The position numbers and the translations under genes are program-made. The notes under the pieces were generated by a model that was not told the DNA's origin, ran no database searches, and was given only the letters and a program-made list of their open reading frames with translations. DNA of 64,000 nucleotides, taken from NCBI GenBank assembly GCA_963664225.1, contig OY760937.1, positions 5,344,001 to 5,408,000 on the forward strand. Direction: 5' to 3'. Below are positions 56,988 to 64,000 of this stretch, piece after piece (position 1 is the stretch's first letter; each line of letters opens with the position of its first letter). Source of the stretch: Verrucomicrobiia bacterium. Its GTDB lineage: Bacteria; Verrucomicrobiota; Verrucomicrobiia; Limisphaerales; UBA1319.

Positions 56988-58196
56988 GTGAATATTCACG
57001 AATATCAATCGAAACAGCTTTTGGCGAAGAACGGCGTGGGAGTGCCGCCCGGTAGTGTGTGTTCGACGGCTGCGCGCGCCAAAACAATTGCGGGCAAACT
57101 TTTTGCCGAAGGGGCCAAACGCGTCATCGTGAAATCGCAGATTCACGCGGGTGGACGCGGCAAAGGTGTGTTCAAAAGCGGATTTCAGGGCGGAGTGCGC
57201 CTTTGCAACAACAGCGCTGAGGCTTATGCCTATTCCAAGGCGATGCTTGGTGAAGTGCTTGTGACCAAGCAAACGGGGCCGGATGGCCGCCTGGTGAGCA
57301 AGGTGCTGGTGGAGGGAGCGCTGGCGATCGACCGGGAGCTTTTTGTGGCGGTTCTCTTGGATCGGGAAATCGGGCGTCCGGTCATGGTCGTGTGCCCCTC
57401 CGGTGGTATGGATATCGAGGAGGTGGCAGCCACGACTCCCGAGTTGATCACCCGGGAGGTGATTGATCCGGCAATTGGCATGATGCCTTATCAAGCCCGC
57501 AAAGTGGCATTGGCTCTGGGGCTAAACAGCGACTTGCTGCCTGCGGCCACCAAATTGTTGATGGGGGTATATAAGACCTGGTGGGAATGCGAGGCAACAC
57601 TGGTGGAGATTAATCCGTTGCATGTGGTTTCACATGGCGATGGAAATCACAGTCTTGTGGCGGTGGACGGCAAGATCAGCCTGGACGATAACGCGTTGTA
57701 TCGGCATCCGGAATTGCAGGCCCTGCGCGATCTGGCCGAGGAATCTCCCCTGGAGGTTGAGGCGAGCAATTACAATTTGAGTTACATCAAACTCACCGGG
57801 AATATCGCCTGCCTGGTCAATGGAGCCGGTCTGGCCATGGCCACGATGGACATCATCAAGTATTACGGTGGCGATCCGGCCAACTTCCTCGATGTGGGCG
57901 GTGGCGCGTCTCAGGAGCAGGTCGCGGCTGCCTTCAAAATCATTTTGGGCGATCAAAATGTGAAGGGCATTCTCGTGAACATTTTCGGCGGGATCATGCG
58001 CTGTGACATTATTGCCCGGGGCATCGTCGAGGCGGTCAAGGAATCCAAGGTGAATCTGCCGTTGGTGGTGCGTCTGGAGGGAACGAATTCAGACATCGGG
58101 AAACAACTTCTGAAGGATTCGGGTCTTTCTTTATTCAGCGCGGACACACTGGCCGAGGCGGCCGAAAAAGTAGTCAAAGCCGTAGCCGTCAAGTAA
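56988..58196 (+). CDS. sucC: Succinyl-CoA synthetase beta subunit
   Basis: [57 protein letters not shown]. Confidence 0.97.
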   Translation: MNIHEYQSKQLLAKNGVGVPPGSVCSTAARAKTIAGKLFAEGAKRVIVKSQIHAGGRGKGVFKSGFQGGVRLCNNSAEAYAYSKAMLGEVLVTKQTGPDGRLVSKVLVEGALAIDRELFVAVLLDREIGRPVMVVCPSGGMDIEEVAATTPELITREVIDPAIGMMPYQARKVALALGLNSDLLPAATKLLMGVYKTWWECEATLVEINPLHVVSHGDGNHSLVAVDGKISLDDNALYRHPELQALRDLAEESPLEVEASNYNLSYIKLTGNIACLVNGAGLAMATMDIIKYYGGDPANFLDVGGGASQEQVAAAFKIILGDQNVKGILVNIFGGIMRCDIIARGIVEAVKESKVNLPLVVRLEGTNSDIGKQLLKDSGLSLFSADTLAEAAEKVVKAVAVK

Positions 58197-58222
58197 ACGC
58201 CCTGCCTAATTTTCATAAATAT

Positions 58223-59113
58223 ATGTCAATTCTTGTAGATTCGAATACGCGGATCATGGTTCAGGGCATCACGGGCCGTTACGGAGGCCAGCACACCAAG
58301 TTGAGCCTCGAGTATGGAACCAAAATTGTCGCGGGTGTGACCCCGGGCAAAGGCGGCCAGATGTACGAGAACACGGTGCCGATTTTTAATACCGCCGCAG
58401 AGGCCGCCGCAGCGACGGGCGCCACGGTGTCTGTGGTGTTTGTGCCGCCGCCGTACGCGGCGGATGCGATTTTGGAGGCCGCAGCCGCCAATCTCGAGCT
58501 TGTGGTTTGCATTACGGAGTTCATTCCCATCCAGGACATGATCAAGGTCAAACGCGCGCTTGAGGGAAAGAAGACGCGGCTGCTGGGTCCCAATTGCCCG
58601 GGTATTGTAACGCCCGGGGAGGGGAAGGATTCCCACGGTGGTTGTCGCATCGGGATTTCGCCAGGATATATTCATAAGAAGGGTCATGTCGGGGTGGCGT
58701 CGCGCAGTGGCACACTGACTTATGAGACGGTGTGGCAGTTGACGCAACGCGGCGTGGGCCAGTCCACATGCGTGGGGATCGGCGGAGACCCTGTGAATGG
58801 CACGAGCCATCTGGATATTGTGAAAATGATGAATGACGATCCGGATACCCACGGCATCATCATCATCGGCGAGATTGGGGGATCGTCTGAGGAGGAAGTG
58901 GCCGCATGGGTGAAGAAGAACTGCAAAAAACCCGTGGCGGCCTTTGTCGCCGGGGCAACGGCGCCTCCTGGACGCCGCATGGGCCACGCGGGCGCCATCG
59001 TCAGTGGCAACAAGGGCACGGCGACTGCCAAAATTGCGGCTTTTAGGGATGCGGGCATCGCGGTTGCCGCCACTCCATCGGTGATTGCGGAAACGCTGTT
59101 GAAAATCATGTGA
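58223..59113 (+). CDS. sucD: Succinyl-CoA synthetase alpha subunit
   Basis: [39 protein letters not shown]. Confidence 0.97.
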   Translation: MSILVDSNTRIMVQGITGRYGGQHTKLSLEYGTKIVAGVTPGKGGQMYENTVPIFNTAAEAAAATGATVSVVFVPPPYAADAILEAAAANLELVVCITEFIPIQDMIKVKRALEGKKTRLLGPNCPGIVTPGEGKDSHGGCRIGISPGYIHKKGHVGVASRSGTLTYETVWQLTQRGVGQSTCVGIGGDPVNGTSHLDIVKMMNDDPDTHGIIIIGEIGGSSEEEVAAWVKKNCKKPVAAFVAGATAPPGRRMGHAGAIVSGNKGTATAKIAAFRDAGIAVAATPSVIAETLLKIM

Positions 59114-59191
59114 TCGGGCGCGCGGTCCCGAGGCCGCCTGAATGTCCGCTTGCATTTGGAAATCGGCAGGACGGGGGATTGAGATTGTGAT

Positions 59192-60034
59192 ATGAGCCTG
59201 ATCGATTGGATGCTTAATCTGGCGGGTTTGATCCTGTGGCTGGGCTGGCGCAATGCGCCGGCGGCCGGCAAGCGCCGTTCTGCGGGAATCACCATTGCCT
59301 CCACGATCAAGCCCATGCAAACGGCGCCTCCCCGAACCTGGTTGCTGCCGTTATGCCTGCTGGCCTTGATCACGCTCAGGAGCTTCTTTTACTGGCATAT
59401 TGGATCGGCGCTTGATTGGACACCGCGTCTGCCATTGGCGGTATTGGTTCTGCCCTTTAGAAGTGATCTTTTCGGAAGGATGATTTTATTCTCCTTCCTA
59501 AGCTTCGCGCTTTTTCTGGCCACATTTTACTTCGGCCTGTTCTTGTTGTCGGTCGTTAATCGGAGCATTACGGACAGCGATCCTGTGCAGCGTTGGCTAA
59601 GGACGCAATTGGGGCGTGTCGAGAAAACACCGGCGGCCTTGTTGATCATCATGCCGATCGTTTTAAGCGCCCTGGTATGGGCGGCATTGAGTCCGCCGCT
59701 CGTCTGGATGGGATTGCTGCCCCGGCCGGTTTCCGGAGCCCACTTGATGCAGCAGGCCATTGTGGTGGGCGCGGGATCGATTTTGATCTGGAAATACCTG
59801 GTGTCGGCGCTGCTCGTTCTGAGAATTGCCAACGATTATGTGTTTCTGGGCGACCTGGCCTTCTGGCGGTTTGTTAACGCCACATCGCATAATCTTCTCA
59901 AGCCGCTGTCCTGGTTGCCGCTGAGAACAAGTCATTTGGATTTTACCCCGGTGGCGGGTGTTGTTCTGGTCATGGCCTTGTTTGAACTGGGTGGCTATGG
60001 CCTAACCCAGCTCTACAGGCGCCTGCCGTTATAG
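59192..60034 (+). CDS. YggT-like membrane protein
   Basis: Multi-TM; C-terminal 'FVNATSHNLLKPL..LP....DFTPV' YGGT motif; adjacent to hemW as in enterics. Confidence 0.6.
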   Translation: MSLIDWMLNLAGLILWLGWRNAPAAGKRRSAGITIASTIKPMQTAPPRTWLLPLCLLALITLRSFFYWHIGSALDWTPRLPLAVLVLPFRSDLFGRMILFSFLSFALFLATFYFGLFLLSVVNRSITDSDPVQRWLRTQLGRVEKTPAALLIIMPIVLSALVWAALSPPLVWMGLLPRPVSGAHLMQQAIVVGAGSILIWKYLVSALLVLRIANDYVFLGDLAFWRFVNATSHNLLKPLSWLPLRTSHLDFTPVAGVVLVMALFELGGYGLTQLYRRLPL

Positions 60035-61236
60035 TGAATGATCGCTTTGTGATTTTGCCATTCGAGCCGGTTCGCAGCCTTTACGCGCACGTCCCATTTT
60101 GCGCGCACAAGTGCCTGTACTGCGCCTTCTATTCCGAAGTCCCCGGGCGTGGCGCCATGGATCGCTATGTTCAGGCTGTGCTTAAGGAGATGGAGCCCAT
60201 TGCCGGACGCATGACGCTGGATACCCTCTTTTTTGGCGGCGGCACGCCATCCCTCCTGAGTGCCGAGCAATGGAAAACCCTGTTTCAAGGGATGAACAAA
60301 ATGGGGTTGTCCGGCGCCCGGGAATTTACCGTGGAATGCAACCCGGCCACGATTGACCGGGAGAAAGCGGACGTTCTTCGCAGCCACGGTGTTAATCGCA
60401 TTTCCATGGGCATCCAATCGTTTGACGACACGTTTTTGCAGCGGTTGGGGCGTGTTCATACCCGGGCTCAGGCCATTGAATCTTTCAAGCTTCTGCGGGC
60501 GGCGGGCTTCGACAATATTAATGTGGACCTGATGTTTGCCATTCCCGGACAAACACTCGAGCAATGGCAGGCGACGCTCCTCGAGGCTATTGACCTGGGC
60601 AGCGAACACCTTTCCTCCTATGAGATCACTTATGAGGAGGACACACCGTTATTCGAGCAGCTTCAGGCAGGCCAGATTGACGTGGACGAAGACCTGGCTT
60701 GTGAGATGTATGACACGCTGGTGAAGGAGGCTGAAAAGGCGGGAGTGCATCGTTACGAGATCTCCAATTTTGCGAAGGATAAGGGTGGAAATGCGATTCC
60801 GTCGCTGGCTTGTCAGCACAACGTGAATTACTGGCGCGGCGGGACTTATTTTGGCGTCGGTCCCAGCGCCACCAGTTACGTCGATGGCTGCCGCTGGACG
60901 GATTGCCGCGACACGGTCCGGTATTGTGAAATGATCGAACAAGGCCGGAGTCCAATCGAAAGCCAGGAAACTTTGTCTGGTTTGCGCCGGGCCGGTGAAA
61001 TCGCGGCGTTTGGCCTGCGCATGAGCATCGGCTGGCCATTTGACCAATTTCAAAAAATCACCGGGTTTGATCTGCGCCAGGAATGGGAAAAGGAAATCGA
61101 TTCGCTGGTCGCCAATGGGCTGGGGTGTATCGATGCCACCGGCTTCCGGCTGACACCTGAAGGCTTGCGCTTTGCGGATTCCGCCGCAGAGGCATTCATT
61201 CGACTGCCCGAGGACGGCGAGGTTTCGGACGGTTGA
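60034..61236 (+). CDS. hemW: Radical SAM heme chaperone HemW (HemN-like)
   Basis: LYAHVPFCAHKCLYCAF, FGGGTPS, VECNP, RISMGIQSF, YEISNFA, HNVNYW. Confidence 0.9.
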   Translation: MNDRFVILPFEPVRSLYAHVPFCAHKCLYCAFYSEVPGRGAMDRYVQAVLKEMEPIAGRMTLDTLFFGGGTPSLLSAEQWKTLFQGMNKMGLSGAREFTVECNPATIDREKADVLRSHGVNRISMGIQSFDDTFLQRLGRVHTRAQAIESFKLLRAAGFDNINVDLMFAIPGQTLEQWQATLLEAIDLGSEHLSSYEITYEEDTPLFEQLQAGQIDVDEDLACEMYDTLVKEAEKAGVHRYEISNFAKDKGGNAIPSLACQHNVNYWRGGTYFGVGPSATSYVDGCRWTDCRDTVRYCEMIEQGRSPIESQETLSGLRRAGEIAAFGLRMSIGWPFDQFQKITGFDLRQEWEKEIDSLVANGLGCIDATGFRLTPEGLRFADSAAEAFIRLPEDGEVSDG

Positions 61237-61270
61237 TTCCTTAAGACACGGCTGCTAGGCTGCGAAGGTA

Positions 61271-62164
61271 TTGGAAACAACGAGTTATAGTTTGGTGCGA
61301 CTGACCAATGGGGATTACAGCCTGCGAAGCCTGGAACATCGCGAGACGTTTCATCCCGTGATTGGTCCAATTCGCGAGGCGGAATCCCTGTATGTGCGCC
61401 AGTTGGGTCTGCCGGAGCGATTGCAGAATCACACGGGCGAGTTCGTCATTTGGGATGTCGGTTTGGGCGCCGCGGCGAATGCCCTGACCGCACTCCGGCT
61501 GACGCGTTCCATGCCCTGCGATATCCGACTGGTCAGTTTCGATTGCACCTTGAGCGCTCTGGAATTTGCCCGGCAGCACAAGGAAGAGCTGGCCTATTTT
61601 CAAGGATATGAGCAGGCGGTGGATGGCTTGCTCAAGGATGGCGCAGTGACTTTCGAAGACGGCGCCAGGCGGGTTCATTGGCATGCGCATATTCAGGATT
61701 TTCCGACGCTCGTGTCATCATGGCCTGAAACCGGCGCAAACGGCAGCCAGCAACCCAGAGGGGGCATTCCGTCACCTCATGCGATTTTTTGGGATGCCTA
61801 TTCGCCGGCTAAAAATCCAGCCATGTGGTGCCAGCCTCTGTTTGCGCAGGTTCGCAGTAATCTGGCACAAAAGCAGGGTTGCGGTCTGGCCACGTACTCG
61901 CGCAGCACCCAGTTGCGCGCATCATTGCTCCTGGCGGGATTCTTTGTTGGCAGGGGCGTGAGCACGGGCGAAAAGGAGGAAACCACCATCGCCGCCACCA
62001 CTTTGGATCTCATCAAGAACCCCCTGGACGAACGATGGCTTGAACGTGCCAGCAATTCCACCAGTGCCGAGCCCTTATGGGAACCGGCTTATTCGCAAAA
62101 CCCGCTCTCACCCCGGACATGGGAAAAATTAAATGCCCACGCCCAATTCGCCGCCGTCAAATAA
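61271..62164 (+). CDS. Stand-alone MnmC/MnmD-like SAM-dependent methyltransferase
   Basis: ETFHPVIG..EA..LY, WDVGLGAAAN, FWDAYSP.KNP.MW, LATYS. Confidence 0.75.
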   Translation: METTSYSLVRLTNGDYSLRSLEHRETFHPVIGPIREAESLYVRQLGLPERLQNHTGEFVIWDVGLGAAANALTALRLTRSMPCDIRLVSFDCTLSALEFARQHKEELAYFQGYEQAVDGLLKDGAVTFEDGARRVHWHAHIQDFPTLVSSWPETGANGSQQPRGGIPSPHAIFWDAYSPAKNPAMWCQPLFAQVRSNLAQKQGCGLATYSRSTQLRASLLLAGFFVGRGVSTGEKEETTIAATTLDLIKNPLDERWLERASNSTSAEPLWEPAYSQNPLSPRTWEKLNAHAQFAAVK

Positions 62165-62248
62165 AGAGTGCGCGCGCAGGTTGCCGGTTTGGGAACGAAT
62201 GGGAATGCCTCATTCCTGCCGCGTCCGCATCAGTGTCCTGACCTGTTT

Positions 62249-63874
62249 TTAGAGTGCGGGCTTTTGATTCTTGGCGAACCATTCCTTCAATAATTTCTGG
62301 CGTTCTGTTGGGGTTGCCGAGGGCTGATTGTCCTGGCGGTTGTCATTGTGCTCGACACTCCAGCCGCTCCATTCACGAAAGGCATGATAACTCCAATCCC
62401 AGCCGTAGCTTTCAAACAAATCAATGACGTCCTTCAGATAGCGATAGCCGCTGTTTTGCGGAGACCATCGGATGGCGCTGAATTCGCCCACATAGATATG
62501 CACGCCATATTTGCGTTGAAAATCGAGGACCGGTTTGAGAACGGTTTCCAGGCGGGCCTTGTCCCAGAATTCCCCGTCGATGGTTCCAGGATAAACCACG
62601 GACGGGCCGCTTTTGAAAACGCCCTGATGCGTGAATCCCATGGGAACATACATATGCACGCTATAGACCACGTTTGATGCGTGGATGGGGACAAGGTTTT
62701 TGAACGTGTCCGGGCCGCCCCAATCGGGCGCTTCAAGGATGATGGTGCGGTCCGGGTCAATCGCGTGAATGGCGTTGGCGGTGGTTTCGGCCAGTTCATG
62801 CCAATCCCTGCAATCATCCGCCACCGCTCCTTCGACGGGCTCGTTGGCCAGGTCGAAGCCCCAAATCGGCTTTGAATTCTTGTAGCGTTGGGTCATCCGC
62901 TCCCATACCTGGATGAATTTTTGCTGGGCGCGCGCGCTGGTAAAGAGACCTCCGTCCGATCCAACATAACCGCTGACGGTGGCCTGTCCGCCGGGTGGTG
63001 AATGCAAATCCACCACTACGCGCAGTCCGCTGCGCTCGCATTCGACCAATGCGGCATCCAGCTTCTTCAATTCTCCATCGAGCCAGGCGTCATAATCCTC
63101 CAACGCTGCGGTTTTGCCGGCTGGCAAATAGCGCACCAACTGCCAGCGGATCAGGTTCGCATTCCAGTCCTGACCGAAAGTTTTCAGTCCGGCCGCATCA
63201 ATCGACGGGCTCACCATGGCGCCGCGGAGACGGGGGAGCGCGTGTCCCTTGTAAGGTGTGGCTGATTTGACGAAATCGGTCGTTATGCGGGGAGCCTTCC
63301 CGACGTAGATTCGAACATTGTCGTAATAGGCCACACCGGTGACTTCTTCAAGTCCCAAGACCAGCGTCACATTGGTGGCATCCGGGGGAATCCGCCCTGA
63401 AAACCGTATCTGACGCCAATCAAACGTTCCGGCTTCAATCGTTGCGGCCGGCCATGATTTACCGCTTGGGGCCTCCACCGCGAGCATGAATTTCACGCCG
63501 TTCCAGTCGTTTGGTTTGGCGCTGACCTTTTCAGCCTTGATCATCGCCGTTCCATAAACGGTGTACCCGCGCATGGCATCGACAAACAGGGCGATGGAGG
63601 TCAGGGCTGATTGGCCATTTGTTAGTGTAAGATGTTCAACACAAATGGATTGTGCGCTATCATACCCGGGCGCCAGCCTCGCCGTTCCACTCCAGCCATC
63701 GAGGGCGGAGGGACCTTCGAAACCGGATTTGAAGAAGTCATCGCCTCGCGTGAGAACGGTGTTTGTGGATGCCCGGATGTAAGGACCATGGCCAGGCGCA
63801 ATCAAGAACAGGATCGACAACAGCGCAAGGCGGCAAAGTCTCGAAATGCCTTGTTTCGATGAAGAATTGAACAT
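62249..63874 (-). CDS. GH5 glycoside hydrolase with N-terminal CBM4/9-like domain
   Basis: VVDLHSPPG, FDLANEP (acid/base), YSVHMY, YVGEFS (nucleophile); signal peptide. Confidence 0.88.
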   Translation of the reverse strand: MFNSSSKQGISRLCRLALLSILFLIAPGHGPYIRASTNTVLTRGDDFFKSGFEGPSALDGWSGTARLAPGYDSAQSICVEHLTLTNGQSALTSIALFVDAMRGYTVYGTAMIKAEKVSAKPNDWNGVKFMLAVEAPSGKSWPAATIEAGTFDWRQIRFSGRIPPDATNVTLVLGLEEVTGVAYYDNVRIYVGKAPRITTDFVKSATPYKGHALPRLRGAMVSPSIDAAGLKTFGQDWNANLIRWQLVRYLPAGKTAALEDYDAWLDGELKKLDAALVECERSGLRVVVDLHSPPGGQATVSGYVGSDGGLFTSARAQQKFIQVWERMTQRYKNSKPIWGFDLANEPVEGAVADDCRDWHELAETTANAIHAIDPDRTIILEAPDWGGPDTFKNLVPIHASNVVYSVHMYVPMGFTHQGVFKSGPSVVYPGTIDGEFWDKARLETVLKPVLDFQRKYGVHIYVGEFSAIRWSPQNSGYRYLKDVIDLFESYGWDWSYHAFREWSGWSVEHNDNRQDNQPSATPTERQKLLKEWFAKNQKPAL

Positions 63875-64000
63875 GAAGTTGATTCTGTAATTGGATTTTG
63901 TCTGGCGCAATCTGGAAATAATCGAAATTTGCATATCGCCTTTGCGCTAGTTGCTGAACAGGGCGCGGTTGCGAGGCGATCCATGAAGGCCACGCCCCCT

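Overview
A 64-kb GC-rich bacterial chromosomal segment. Its gene repertoire (many secreted CAZymes, PQQ-like/FG-GAP/FGE-fold proteins, no SusCD) suggests a PVC-superphylum organism, probably Verrucomicrobiota (inference). From left to right it holds: a MarR + Lnt-like pair and an amino-sugar/GT2 operon; a complete group II intron (6103-8077) inserted at the foot of a ~165-bp palindromic element just upstream of an mgtA + PTS-IIA operon; a carbohydrate-utilisation block (GH29, GH2, SGNH esterases); LysR/MFS, a YjgR-like ATPase, an SDR and TspO; a GH28/propeller/FGE/FG-GAP operon; tRNA-Pro(GGG) with a 14.8-kb integrase-less island bounded by an exact 59-bp direct repeat; a decayed SWIM/SNF2 gene; more CAZymes; and core genes sucCD-yggT-hemW-mnmD-like, followed by a GH5. 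The island carries one operon: two TolB-like proteins, a lipoprotein, MBOAT/AlgI, AlgJ/X-like, two glycoside hydrolases and a giant NHL protein. The two most notable signals are (1) the intron, whose EBS1/EBS2 sequences match the terminal inverted repeat of the palindromic element, and (2) the orphan O-acylation + glycoside hydrolase operon on the tRNA island. All protein calls come from motif recognition by eye; no searches were run.
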